Positions 1-9,711 of a stretch of 64,000 bases of DNA are shown here, in pieces. The stretch spans positions 768,001 to 832,000 of the forward strand of contig CAWBMP010000004.1 in assembly GCA_963790025.1 (NCBI GenBank), written 5' to 3'. Source of the DNA: Nitrospirota bacterium (GTDB lineage: Bacteria > Nitrospirota > Thermodesulfovibrionia > Thermodesulfovibrionales > Dissulfurispiraceae). Both the position numbers and the translations under genes were made by a program. The stretch's first letter is position 1, and every line of letters begins with the position of its first letter. Below the pieces are notes generated by a model. The model was not told the DNA's origin. It saw only the letters and a list, made by a program, of their open reading frames with translations, and searched no databases.

Positions 1-270
1 CTGAAGACCGGGAGCGCTTATTATGCGCCTGCAGCAGCAGCTTACCAGATGGTGAAATCGATCATGTTCGATGAAAACAGGATGCTCCCATGTGCGGCCT
101 ATCTTAAAGGCGAATACGGAGAACGCGATGTCTACGCCGGAGTCCCTGTGGTGCTGGGCAGCAACGGAGTCAAGAAAATTGTCGAACTGGCACTGAACGA
201 ACAGGAGAAGAAAGAGTTTGATAAGTCGATAGAGGCCGTCAGGTCGCTTGTCGAAAAATTGAAGCTATAG
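1..270 (+). CDS. mdh: malate dehydrogenase (LDH-like), C-terminal part, truncated by window edge
   Basis: Frame open from base 1: LKTGSAYYAPAAA...LPCAAYLKGEYG...GVPVVLGSNGVKKIVEL, typical LDH-like MDH C-terminus. Confidence 0.9.
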   Translation: MKTGSAYYAPAAAAYQMVKSIMFDENRMLPCAAYLKGEYGERDVYAGVPVVLGSNGVKKIVELALNEQEKKEFDKSIEAVRSLVEKLKL

Positions 271-310
271 CAGATTTTTCCTGGCCTTTAGGTGTCATAC
301 CGGTCCTTTG

Positions 311-338
311 CTGGATTCCCGTTTTAATGGGAATCCAG
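311..338. terminator. hairpin downstream of mdh (terminator or degenerate REP-like palindrome)
   Basis: ctggattccc-gttttaat-gggaatccag, perfect 10-bp stem. Confidence 0.5.
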
Positions 339-463
339 TCTTCTAAAAAAGCATGCCAGTCTTCCCGTGTAAATAATATTGAAGCATTAAATGATAAGGA
401 GTTAGAATAGATCAGGAACTTGGACTGATACCCTTTTAAGTATCGGAAAGGAGACTAAACGTT

Positions 464-1000
464 ATGAAAACACTAATTGGAATACTGTTTGCTCTCACAA
501 TCCTTTTAACAGTAGGGCTGGGCCATCCGGCTTTGACGTCGGCCAGAGTAGAGGTCAACATCGGGATTGGTATCCCCGTCTTTCAAGCGCCCCCAGAGGT
601 GGTCGTATACCCTGACACATATGTTTACACCGTCCCTAACTACGATATCTTTTTTTTTCACGGCTATTGGTACCGTCCCTATGAGGGACGCTGGTACCGG
701 TCGGGAAGCTATAACGGACCATGGAACATTATAGTCCGTGGACGGGTGCCAGTTTCTGTCATCAATCTCCCTCCGGATTACAGAACGAGATTGTGGCATG
801 AGCGCGTGCCATTCGGACAGGTCAGGCAAAACTGGCGCAGCTGGGAGAAAACCCGTTATTGGAATGCACGCGTTGAGAATGAGCGACACGGAAAAGGCCC
901 GGAGCGTAAAGCAGGCGTGGAACGAAGAGAAGGCCCTGGGCACAGAGAGGAAGGCGAGCATGGAGAAAGACATGGAGAGGAACACAGAGGGCATGAATGA
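464..1000 (+). CDS. secreted protein with Pro/Tyr/Trp-rich region (YXWGXW-like) and Glu/His/Gly/Arg-rich tail
   Basis: SD GGAG, signal peptide, VEVNIGIG...PPEVVV...FFFHGYWYRPYEGRWY...GPW, low-complexity charged tail. Confidence 0.7.
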   Translation: MKTLIGILFALTILLTVGLGHPALTSARVEVNIGIGIPVFQAPPEVVVYPDTYVYTVPNYDIFFFHGYWYRPYEGRWYRSGSYNGPWNIIVRGRVPVSVINLPPDYRTRLWHERVPFGQVRQNWRSWEKTRYWNARVENERHGKGPERKAGVERREGPGHREEGEHGERHGEEHRGHE

Positions 1001-2324
1001 TATGATCAGGACGACCCGGCTGCTGCAGCTTCTTGTATGTTGCCTGCTTCTATTGTCTGCAATTTCAATTCGCGCTGAAGACGTTCCGGCGGCTTCGCAA
1101 AATCAACAACTACCCGTGCTGCACCGGGACAGCCCCGACTATCACACCCCCCGTGCCGGCGAAGGGTTCCGTACCGAACTCTTCGGACAGGAGATTAGGG
1201 TACAACCTAGTGACCTGCGCTCTGTCACAGCCCTGGATGTGGGCTCAGCAGTGAATATACCGGGAGCGGACAATAAGGTACTTATGCCCTTTGGCGACCT
1301 TTATGTATGGCGACATCCAGATGACCAAAGCCTGTTCCGCGCCGATATTTTGGGCCTCTACAATGATATCTTTTGGTCCGGCTCCTCGCCGCACCTGGGC
1401 CCTTTAGAATGGGTGCTTACGTTTAACAGCTATACCGTCCCATTTGCCCAATATGAAGTGGTGGACGGCAGGTCCGTGAAATCCGAAGAGTTAACATGGG
1501 GATATGTGCGGACGGGGTTCGGCGTGGGATACCGCACGAAGGTTTTTCCCGGCCACCAGGACAATATGCTGGCCATTGACCTGATCGTAGAACCGGGCTT
1601 TTTTTACTTCGCTAAGGGTTCAGACACAGCCCATAACTTCGTCGTCCCCAATAATTCCTTCGAGCTACGTGAACATTTGCAGTTACGCTGGGACGCCTTA
1701 GAGCGCAACTTGTTGAGCTTGCCGCACCAGGGGTTCGCAGGTGGCGCCGACCTTGTCCATGGCAATCGCAGCAACTGGGAGAACTGGGGGGCGAATGATT
1801 CACAATCTGCAGCTGGTGGCCGTGATTATGTTTTATCCTCGGCTTATTTTCTGGCTGCTGGTGGAGTTCCAGGGGTGGACAGCGACCGTAACCGGCTGCT
1901 TTGTTCACTGCACGCCGGAGTCGGCAGTGATCTCGATCGTTTTTCAGCGCCGCGCATCGGCGGCGGGATCCAGACGATGGGAGAGGAATATGGCTCCACG
2001 TGGCGACCGATCCTTCCCGGGTCGATCATCCAGGAATTCTTTCCCAAACACTATGTGGTGGCAGCCGGCGAGTACCGCTGGGAACCGATTTTTTTTACCT
2101 ATCTGAGTCTCAACGGATCGGTCGGCTGGCTTGACCATCTGACGCAGGCCGGCACAGGGACGATCCCGAAGGATAGCGTCTTCACCTCACTGGGGGCGCG
2201 GGTGACCACAGGTTTTTTCTTTGACTCGCGCATGCAGCTCGGATACAATCGTAACTTTGGTGTGATACGCGACGGCCGGCACGGCGGCAACGAAATCTTA
2301 CTGGACTTTACCAAAGATTTGTAG
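993..2324 (+). CDS. hypothetical secreted protein, probable outer-membrane beta-barrel; start at ATG 993 or 1002 rather than 738
   Basis: Signal peptide (IRTTRLLQLLVCCLLLLSAISIRA), alternating aromatic/Gly beta-strand-like segments, start overlaps the upstream stop. Confidence 0.6.
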   Translation: MNDMIRTTRLLQLLVCCLLLLSAISIRAEDVPAASQNQQLPVLHRDSPDYHTPRAGEGFRTELFGQEIRVQPSDLRSVTALDVGSAVNIPGADNKVLMPFGDLYVWRHPDDQSLFRADILGLYNDIFWSGSSPHLGPLEWVLTFNSYTVPFAQYEVVDGRSVKSEELTWGYVRTGFGVGYRTKVFPGHQDNMLAIDLIVEPGFFYFAKGSDTAHNFVVPNNSFELREHLQLRWDALERNLLSLPHQGFAGGADLVHGNRSNWENWGANDSQSAAGGRDYVLSSAYFLAAGGVPGVDSDRNRLLCSLHAGVGSDLDRFSAPRIGGGIQTMGEEYGSTWRPILPGSIIQEFFPKHYVVAAGEYRWEPIFFTYLSLNGSVGWLDHLTQAGTGTIPKDSVFTSLGARVTTGFFFDSRMQLGYNRNFGVIRDGRHGGNEILLDFTKDL

Positions 2325-2415
2325 GTCTCCGTGCCTTCTATATTGTTGGACAGTATGAAACGACAGAAAAGACGTATATTCCAGGGTTTTTAACAGGACT
2401 TGACGTGGAAGTCAT

Positions 2416-3369
2416 TCATCTGGCACGTCTGCTACCCTTTTTGTGGTACATGTCCATGTCCGCCTTCTTTAAAAGGCTTTCGGCATCGCCGGCATCGTTA
2501 GGGAAAACCCCTATTCCTATGCTCGCTGTAACATGGCAGTCCCGTTCAAATATCTCAAAGGGCTTTGCAATTTCTTCGGCAATTTTTTTGGCAGCCAATA
2601 AAGCATCCTTCTCTTCATTAATCCGCGTCAAAATCACGGTAAATTCATCGCCTCCCAGGCGCGCCGTGGTATCAGACTCCCGAACACAATAATTGAGCCT
2701 TATGGCTGTTTCGATCAAAAGCATATCTCCGGCCTTATGTCCATATAGGTCGTTAACGGCTTTGAATCCGTCCAGGTCTATATAAAGCAGCGCAAACATT
2801 GTCTTATAACGCGCAGCAATAGAAATTGCATGTTCAACCCTGTTCATAAAGAGACTACGATTTGCGAGGCCTGTAAGAGCGTCGTAGTGAGCCATTTTAA
2901 AAAGCTGCCCTTCCAACTCCTTTCGTTCGTTAATTCCCACGCAGGAACCGACAAAGCAATGCGTACCATCATCGGGATTAACAAAAGGGACACCTGTTTC
3001 CAGCACCCAGCGGTAAGCACCGTCATTTCTTCTGAGGCGGTATTCGACTCTATAAGGCTTCCCTTGCCGGCAGGCTGCAGAACATTCAGTGCGGAAGGAT
3101 TCGTAGTCGTACGGATGGATACCTTCCATCCACCCTTCCCCTGCTTCTTCGGCAAGAGACCTGCCTCTGTAGTCAAGCCAGACTTTATTAAAATAAAAAC
3201 GCTCGCTGCAGCTGCCCTCAGCTGCCCAGAGGAAAACAGGCGCCAGGTCCGCCATTATTCTCAACAACTGCTCACCTTGGCTGACTGGCTGCATCAAACC
3301 TATCATGTCGAATAATTCTCTCTCGGCAGACCCTGTATCTTCACCCAGAAACATTCTATTTCCTGCCAT
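2416..3369 (-). CDS. PAS-domain diguanylate cyclase
   Basis: PAS_3-like (WMEGIHPYD...EYRLRRNDGAYRW), DALTGLANR, DLDGFKAVND, RESD I-site and GGDEF. Confidence 0.92.
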   Translation of the reverse strand: MAGNRMFLGEDTGSAERELFDMIGLMQPVSQGEQLLRIMADLAPVFLWAAEGSCSERFYFNKVWLDYRGRSLAEEAGEGWMEGIHPYDYESFRTECSAACRQGKPYRVEYRLRRNDGAYRWVLETGVPFVNPDDGTHCFVGSCVGINERKELEGQLFKMAHYDALTGLANRSLFMNRVEHAISIAARYKTMFALLYIDLDGFKAVNDLYGHKAGDMLLIETAIRLNYCVRESDTTARLGGDEFTVILTRINEEKDALLAAKKIAEEIAKPFEIFERDCHVTASIGIGVFPNDAGDAESLLKKADMDMYHKKGSRRAR

Positions 3370-3504
3370 TTTCTCTCGACTCCTTATTGATATTAGCCTA
3401 TATAAATATTATCGGACAATACAGCGAGAAGTTTAGTCAAGAGAAATTGCACAATTGGAACAATTCTGATACTATTAGAAACAAAAACCTTATAGGAGGC
3501 AAAA

Positions 3505-3939
3505 ATGTACAAGAAATTAACGATAGTATTGGTTGCCGCGGCCCTTGCGATTTTGGTAGTCGGTCCTGTCGGGGCCGCAGATAAAACTCCGGAGCAGCTT
3601 GTAAAAGAGGCAAAGGCGTCAATCAAGGAAGTGTCAGTAGAGGATGTCAAGAAAATGATTGACGCAAAGGAAAACATTATACTCCTTGATGTAACTGACA
3701 AGCAAGAATTTGAACAGAAACATATTGCCGGGGCCATTAACATTTCACGCGGCACGTTGGAATTCAAGGTGGCTGCGATTATCCCCGATAAAAGCGCCAA
3801 AATTATCGTATATTGCTGGACAGACCGCAGATGTCCTTTGGCGACAAAGACACTGAATGAGCTTGGGTATAAAAATGCTATAAATATGATTGGCGGCCTC
3901 AAGGCCTGGGAAGCAGCAGGGTATCCGCTAACAAAATAG
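3505..3939 (+). CDS. exported single-domain rhodanese-like protein
   Basis: SD AGGAGG, signal peptide, LLDV..KQEF..HIAGAINI, IVYC active-site loop, NMIGGLKAWEAAGYP. Confidence 0.88.
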   Translation: MYKKLTIVLVAAALAILVVGPVGAADKTPEQLVKEAKASIKEVSVEDVKKMIDAKENIILLDVTDKQEFEQKHIAGAINISRGTLEFKVAAIIPDKSAKIIVYCWTDRRCPLATKTLNELGYKNAINMIGGLKAWEAAGYPLTK

Positions 3940-3983
3940 CACGTCCAGTGTGATTACCTGCATACTGAGTCCCGATCAAAAAT

Positions 3984-4022
3984 AAGGGCGCTATGGCGAA
4001 TACCATTCGCCATAGCGCCCTT
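3984..4022. terminator. intrinsic terminator between convergent rhodanese and cooS genes
   Basis: Perfect 18-bp stem aagggcgctatggcgaat-acc-attcgccatagcgccctt, followed by ATTTTT on the minus strand. Confidence 0.8.
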
Positions 4023-4042
4023 GAACGTTGTATTACTTTACT

Positions 4043-6043
4043 CTAAAACCCCATGTGGGCCTTTCCGCCTTGTATCTCGCGACGTGCAGCCATATCCATG
4101 AGCACACGCTCGGTGCCGAACTTGCCCGGATCGTACTTCTTCAGCTTAAGTTCCGCCCTTGCATTATCAATGAAGTTGAGTGTCATTTCGAGGATCTTCT
4201 CGATAGACGGTTCAAAGACAAAGCAACCTTTGAATCTCTCCATCCATTGATTCGTCATCATGTCTGTAACACCCTTGCCGGCAGCGAAGATATTATCGCC
4301 TCCGAAAATGACAGGGCATCCGGACGCGGCACAGTAGGTCGCAATCGCAACGGCCTTCTCCGACATCCACTCAGGGGCAATGCCGACTGCCGGCATGCCG
4401 CCGATTTCATCAGAAAGACCGCCCTCTGCCGCCATCGCTGTTGCGATAGTAAGTATCCTCGAATTGTCTACGCAGGAACCGAGGGTCAGAATTGGAGGCA
4501 TACCGGTTGTTTCGCAGATCTGTTGCAGACCTGGGCCGGCGTGCTCCTTGGCAAATTCAGGCGTAAGATATCCTCCCAGACCGCAGGCGTGAGAACCGCA
4601 GCCAGTGGTAACAACAAGGACGTCTCTTTTGATCAGCTCGGTTATAAGCCATTTATGGTTGCCGGTCGCAGGGAACCTTGTGTTGTCGCAACCGACAACA
4701 GCTGCGATACCGCGAATTCTTCCCGACATAATGGCGTCATTAAGAGGCCTGAAGGAATGCCTCCACTTTCCGCCGAGCATATACTCGATATATTCGTGCG
4801 AGAAACCGCTGACCATATCGAACTCTTCCATTTTCCCGCGGAAGCCTTTCGTTGTCCTGTTCGGGAAATTGTCTATCGCAACCTTGATGATGTCGCGGGC
4901 GAGTTGCTTTGCTTTGCTTTCATCAACCATCGGCATTGCGATAGCCCCTGGAATATATGCCTTTGGAGAGGTTGTAATGACTTTCGTATGGAATTTCTTG
5001 GCTACATCAGTAATAGCCGGCATTATACACTGTACGTCGACTGTCATGGCATCAACCATTCCGGTCAAAATCGCCAGTTCCTGGTTGGTATATCCGCCCA
5101 TGGTCGGCATACCGTGCCTCGCAAGGATTTCATTTGCCGTGCAGCACATACCCGTCATGTTAATCCCTTTTGCGCCCTTAGATTTTGCGTATGCTATCAA
5201 TTCGGGCTCAGCGGCGACCTCAACAAATTTTTCCGCAAGATTTGGCTCATGGCCGTGGACTACCATGTTGACCATGTCTTTTTCAAAAACGCCGAAGCTT
5301 GCCTTTACCCTGAGCGGCTGCGGGGTCCCATAAAGGATGTCCGTGCAATCCGTTGCGATCATGGAGCCGATCCAGCCGTCGGCAAGAGCTGTCCTTATGC
5401 CGTGCTTTAAAAGATCGTCAGGATCGATGTCAACACCGGTATTTGTTCTGTGCATCGCCTCGATGACCTCTCTCTGGAAGCCCCTCGGAACAACACCCCA
5501 TTTCCTCCATCTCTCGACGGTCTTCTTGGGCGCTCTTACCACATAATTCATTTCACCGGTCTGACGTGTAAAGTCCTCGATCATCTTATGCGCCACGTCT
5601 TTTGCCACATCATTCGCCGGACGTCCTTCGAACTCGATGCCGAGGATGCCGGCAATCTTATAGAGTTTCCTCGTGTCCTTGATTGCGAAATCCTTGGTAT
5701 GCCCCTCGGCAACTGCAAGCAACAACATAGCCATGTCCAGGCCGTGATCGGAGTGCGCAGATGCGCCGGCAGCAATCATCCTGACAAGGTTCCTCGCAGC
5801 GACAGTATCATTGTTCGCGCCGCAGATGCCCTTGGCGTCTTCCTTCGCGGTGAGCCTGCAGGGACCCATGCTGCAATTTTTGCAGCAGGCGCCTGAATGA
5901 CCGATCGGGCACGGCTTCATCTTTTCCGATCTGTCAAAACAGGTCTCTATGCCTTCTTCTTCAGCAAATTTCAGTATTCTATCGGCATCTGGATTCGCAG
6001 GTCTTATTTTTGCGACTACTTTTTTTTCTTCCTTCTTCTCCAT
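4043..6043 (-). CDS. cooS: anaerobic Ni,Fe carbon monoxide dehydrogenase catalytic subunit (CooS/AcsA)
   Basis: CPIG..GACCKNCSMGPC, AHSDH, C-cluster ligand motifs HGHEP, GMCCTAN, VDVQC, GCDN, TTGCG, GSCVDN, and MSEKA. Confidence 0.97.
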   Translation of the reverse strand: MEKKEEKKVVAKIRPANPDADRILKFAEEEGIETCFDRSEKMKPCPIGHSGACCKNCSMGPCRLTAKEDAKGICGANNDTVAARNLVRMIAAGASAHSDHGLDMAMLLLAVAEGHTKDFAIKDTRKLYKIAGILGIEFEGRPANDVAKDVAHKMIEDFTRQTGEMNYVVRAPKKTVERWRKWGVVPRGFQREVIEAMHRTNTGVDIDPDDLLKHGIRTALADGWIGSMIATDCTDILYGTPQPLRVKASFGVFEKDMVNMVVHGHEPNLAEKFVEVAAEPELIAYAKSKGAKGINMTGMCCTANEILARHGMPTMGGYTNQELAILTGMVDAMTVDVQCIMPAITDVAKKFHTKVITTSPKAYIPGAIAMPMVDESKAKQLARDIIKVAIDNFPNRTTKGFRGKMEEFDMVSGFSHEYIEYMLGGKWRHSFRPLNDAIMSGRIRGIAAVVGCDNTRFPATGNHKWLITELIKRDVLVVTTGCGSHACGLGGYLTPEFAKEHAGPGLQQICETTGMPPILTLGSCVDNSRILTIATAMAAEGGLSDEIGGMPAVGIAPEWMSEKAVAIATYCAASGCPVIFGGDNIFAAGKGVTDMMTNQWMERFKGCFVFEPSIEKILEMTLNFIDNARAELKLKKYDPGKFGTERVLMDMAARREIQGGKAHMGF

Positions 6044-6102
6044 TTTTTACCTCCGTAGTTTTAAACTATTCTCAACAAACATTAGTAACTGTTTGCGTCT
6101 AA

Positions 6103-8301
6103 TTATAACATAGGCGGCATTTCTAATGCCGGATGCGAAACCTTTGTGAGATGCTCCAAAAGTTTTTCCGAATCCTCTGCGATTGACTCATCAGCTATCT
6201 TGTCAAGCAGGTCCGGAACTCCTTCTTCAGCTGCCCTCGCTTTAAAGGCTTCTGCAATCCTTTCCTTAAGAGATGCCGGCATCCAGACAATCCTCTTTAT
6301 TCCGCCGTCGCCATAAAGGAATTTTCTGCTTGTGATGAAGTTCACGCCTACTCCCATAAAGCCTGGAGTCTGGGCCCCGCCGCCCACTGAACCTGCAAAA
6401 GTGGAAAATTTCATGCCGACCGGGGTCATGCCCTGATGTCCTCTGTGGACAAGCATAACTCCATTTGCTTCAGGGATGATTCCGACTATACACTCAAAAC
6501 ATCCGCAGGATGTCATCGGATTTTCCATTATGGTGTACATATTCACAGTTTCCACTGCGCCGGCGGTCGCCTTACTGACGTAATCATCTATACCGGTGAA
6601 ACGTCCCATTTTAGGGTCAAGAACTTCTCCCTTTCTGATCGGCTGGTTGCCGCCTGTCGGGTCTATCTCTTTTGCCGCCTTGCAGTCAAGCCAGTTGAAT
6701 GCGCCGCAAAGGCCAAGCCGTTCCGGTGATACCACGCAAAGATGGCTCGGCGCAAAAGACTGGCAGAGAAGACATGAATAAAAATCTTCTACTGATTCGT
6801 CATTGAGGCCTGACAACCTTGCATCGCGCTCTGCATATGCCGCCCTTGCCTCTTTCAGCTTTTCAGTAACATCTTTTGCATCCAGATATAGAGTGACCTG
6901 GACTTTGTCTACAATAGATTTAAACCTGTGATGCGCCATGGTGGTATGAATGATACCGAGATGCTCGAGTGTGAAACCGGCTTGCTGGGCAGCGTTGCTT
7001 ATCCTTACCCAGTTAACATCTCTCTGCCCCATGTGGAATATTCCCTGGGCCTCGTTGAGGTCTGCATGAATCTTCCTTTCGAGAACAGACTCGAAGTCCT
7101 TCTGCATCTTGCGGCCCGCAACTTCTATAACAATACCAAGCGGCATCCTGCCGCCCTTTGCATATATCTCTTTCCAGTTATCGGGCTTGATGATGACCTT
7201 GTTGTCCTCTATCTCTTCCATTTCCCTCATTACGACCCATTCGAATGCGGGTGTTTTCTGACCGCCCATTTCTGCAAAGGTATCTTCCTTCCTTATCCTC
7301 TCGCCTTCGAATGCAGGGCCGTATGCAACGGGAACAGGGGGTTTTTCAACTGTAATCTTAAGTCCTCTTACCTCGATTGCCTTCTGCACGATCTTGGCAT
7401 GGTCAAATTCCTTATCGACGTGCTCATATGTGCAGACGCCTGTCGGGAGAATAACAGGGACATCCGTGTCGCAGACAGCCGGGAAGCCCATGTTTATTGC
7501 GCCCGCCCCGGTGGCCCACTTTATGTCATCCATTGGGCCAAGGGCTATTGCAAATGCAAAGACCCTGTCTTTCTGGTATAAAAGATGTCCTTTATAATCT
7601 CCGGGTTTCTTGCCGCCGAATATAAGGGAGGCCCTTATCGCCCAGTCGGCAGCGTAAAGAATATGCTCCGTATCAGGACCCAATGGTACAATTCTGGCGT
7701 CCCATCCAAGCTCTATGTTCTTTCTAAGCAGCTGTTTCGTCATGCTGTCGCCATTTGACTGGCCTGCAAGGAACGTGAGTATGTTCTTCTCCTGGAGCTC
7801 TCTCGCTATATTCACAGCAATATCGTCGGTTGGAGCAGCCCCAAGGATACAAGCAAATCCCGGCATCGTGCCATCAACAAGTTGGATGCCCAGATTTCTC
7901 TGAATGGTATCACCTATAAAACCGTTATATACATAACCTGTTTCAGCGTCTTTGCACGGCTCAAGGCCGTTAACATATCTGAGCGCAAGGATTATCTCTT
8001 CTGCAAAAAGTGTGGCCATACCGCAATCAAGCGTCTCCCCAAGGTAGGGAAGCCAGAGCTTATCTGTCGGCTCTTCGTGGAGAAGTTCCCTGGCGTAACG
8101 AAGTCCAACCTCCATATCTCCGAGTGTTTTTACCTTGAAAGTCGTCATTGCGAGTATCATGGGAAGTTGAAAAGCGGTGTCCGGAAACTCAAAGGCATAG
8201 TCCTTTCCCTTTTCAGCTATCGTCTTCTTAAGCATCTCATCTGCGCGGTCAACAAGTGAACGTGCGCCCCTCATAACCGCCGTTGCAATAATCTTAGACA
8301 T
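6103..8301 (-). CDS. acsB: acetyl-CoA synthase subunit (AcsB)
   Basis: MSKIIA start, FYSCLLCQSFAP.HLC, LGLCGA, PMTSCGCFEC A-cluster motifs. Confidence 0.97.
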   Translation of the reverse strand: MSKIIATAVMRGARSLVDRADEMLKKTIAEKGKDYAFEFPDTAFQLPMILAMTTFKVKTLGDMEVGLRYARELLHEEPTDKLWLPYLGETLDCGMATLFAEEIILALRYVNGLEPCKDAETGYVYNGFIGDTIQRNLGIQLVDGTMPGFACILGAAPTDDIAVNIARELQEKNILTFLAGQSNGDSMTKQLLRKNIELGWDARIVPLGPDTEHILYAADWAIRASLIFGGKKPGDYKGHLLYQKDRVFAFAIALGPMDDIKWATGAGAINMGFPAVCDTDVPVILPTGVCTYEHVDKEFDHAKIVQKAIEVRGLKITVEKPPVPVAYGPAFEGERIRKEDTFAEMGGQKTPAFEWVVMREMEEIEDNKVIIKPDNWKEIYAKGGRMPLGIVIEVAGRKMQKDFESVLERKIHADLNEAQGIFHMGQRDVNWVRISNAAQQAGFTLEHLGIIHTTMAHHRFKSIVDKVQVTLYLDAKDVTEKLKEARAAYAERDARLSGLNDESVEDFYSCLLCQSFAPSHLCVVSPERLGLCGAFNWLDCKAAKEIDPTGGNQPIRKGEVLDPKMGRFTGIDDYVSKATAGAVETVNMYTIMENPMTSCGCFECIVGIIPEANGVMLVHRGHQGMTPVGMKFSTFAGSVGGGAQTPGFMGVGVNFITSRKFLYGDGGIKRIVWMPASLKERIAEAFKARAAEEGVPDLLDKIADESIAEDSEKLLEHLTKVSHPALEMPPML

Positions 8302-8361
8302 AACTCAAACCTCCTGACATTAGTTTTTAAAAGTCAAACTGCGACTGTACTTTACCGCACT

Positions 8362-9699
8362 TTACCGCGCCTTTAAAAAGACGGGCAATCCGTTAGCCTC
8401 TCTCGGGCCCACTGTAATTTTCCAGCCCGGGAGTTTTTCTTCAAGCGAACCGCTCAATATCGACGTATATCCGGGGATAATAAGCTCTTTATGGCTTATC
8501 TCCTTCTCCACACCGCATTCCTGGATAAACGCAGCTATCTTGGATGCGTTAAATTTACCGGCGGCCCATCCTGTAAGCACTGACAATCCCTCGGTATCCA
8601 GCACGGCAAGCCTCACCGGGACCTTGCTGCCCTCGATCTCTCCGGAAACTATAAAATAGGTGAGAGAGAAGTTTGAGGTGATGAGCAAAGGAGCATCTGC
8701 AGACGGAGTGCCGATTTTATAAACGGCCTGCGGGACCTGCAACGGGACCTGTGGATTTGTATATATATTTTGCCTGAGTGCAAACAGGGCGAGACTTTTC
8801 CACTTGTCGATGCCGCTCAAAACTACGATAGAAGCATATTTCGTTATCCCGAGAGAAGCGATGAGGGTTTCCAGCATAGCATCATCCCTTTGAGCAAATG
8901 TGATTACAGGGTACCCTACCGACTTGTTGCCTTTCTTGAGTGCGGCCCTTCTGATATATGTATTGTCCCGGATAATTTCTTTGGCGGTACGCGCGCCCGG
9001 GTCCAGCACCATGTCGTCAACTCCGAGAGCTTTAATCTTATCGGTAAGCGCTGTCAAACCGTCCATATCTTTGGCGGCTACGCCGAGAGATACCTTATGG
9101 GTCTTGGCAATTTTTGCCATTGCATCAGCATTGGAATCATTTGCACCGTAAAGAAGCGGCTTTTTGCCTTCCACAGCCTTAACCGCCGCCTCTGCAGCTG
9201 CCGGATCGGTCGTGGAAAGTATCAGGGGTACTGCCGGCGCTTTTGCCGCGATGGCCTTTACAACACCCTCAAATTTCCCCGCATCGCCTGAAACATTACT
9301 TACAAATATCGCGTCGATCCTGAGCTTCTGTCCGACCCTGTCAATCTCCGAATCGAGTACCTGATCAACAATCTTGTTTATTTCATCGCCGGACATGGAA
9401 TCTTTTACTTCCACGGCAAAGGCACACGGGTTAACAAACGTCTTGTCATGCCTGAACAGAACGGTTTCTTCACCCATTTTTACAGCTTTGTCTCCGGTCC
9501 CAAGTGTAACAGGTCTTATCGGAGGGGCTGAGGCCTCACCGAGTATCTTTTTTGCCTCTTCGGAGACATCGGGGCAGGAATCGAGAGAAACCTGCCTCTG
9601 GGCAAGTTTCATCGCAAAAGCAAGACATGTCGGATGACCGCACTTCTTGCAATTGGTTTTTGGAAGCATTTTAAATATCTCAACGCCGGATAATGCCAT
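8362..9699 (-). CDS. acsC: corrinoid iron-sulfur protein large subunit (AcsC)
   Basis: LPKTNCKKCGHPTCLAFA...SCP Fe-S motif, RQNIYTNPQ, TSNFSLTYF, GPREA. Confidence 0.97.
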   Translation of the reverse strand: MALSGVEIFKMLPKTNCKKCGHPTCLAFAMKLAQRQVSLDSCPDVSEEAKKILGEASAPPIRPVTLGTGDKAVKMGEETVLFRHDKTFVNPCAFAVEVKDSMSGDEINKIVDQVLDSEIDRVGQKLRIDAIFVSNVSGDAGKFEGVVKAIAAKAPAVPLILSTTDPAAAEAAVKAVEGKKPLLYGANDSNADAMAKIAKTHKVSLGVAAKDMDGLTALTDKIKALGVDDMVLDPGARTAKEIIRDNTYIRRAALKKGNKSVGYPVITFAQRDDAMLETLIASLGITKYASIVVLSGIDKWKSLALFALRQNIYTNPQVPLQVPQAVYKIGTPSADAPLLITSNFSLTYFIVSGEIEGSKVPVRLAVLDTEGLSVLTGWAAGKFNASKIAAFIQECGVEKEISHKELIIPGYTSILSGSLEEKLPGWKITVGPREANGLPVFLKAR

Positions 9700-9711
9700 T
9701 TTATACCTCCC

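Noticed and set aside
738..992. N-terminal extension of the 528-aa ORF
   Set aside because: Overlaps the upstream gene in another frame; the signal peptide begins only at 993-1002.
2930..3220. Five Cys in the PAS domain of the first diguanylate cyclase as an Fe-S site
   Set aside because: Spacing does not match a motif I can name, and conservation cannot be tested here.
4028..5410. 460-aa plus-strand ORF and other long antisense ORFs over cooS, acsB, rho and the PEP-utiliser gene
   Set aside because: Shadow frames of well-conserved genes; no recognisable motifs or RBS.
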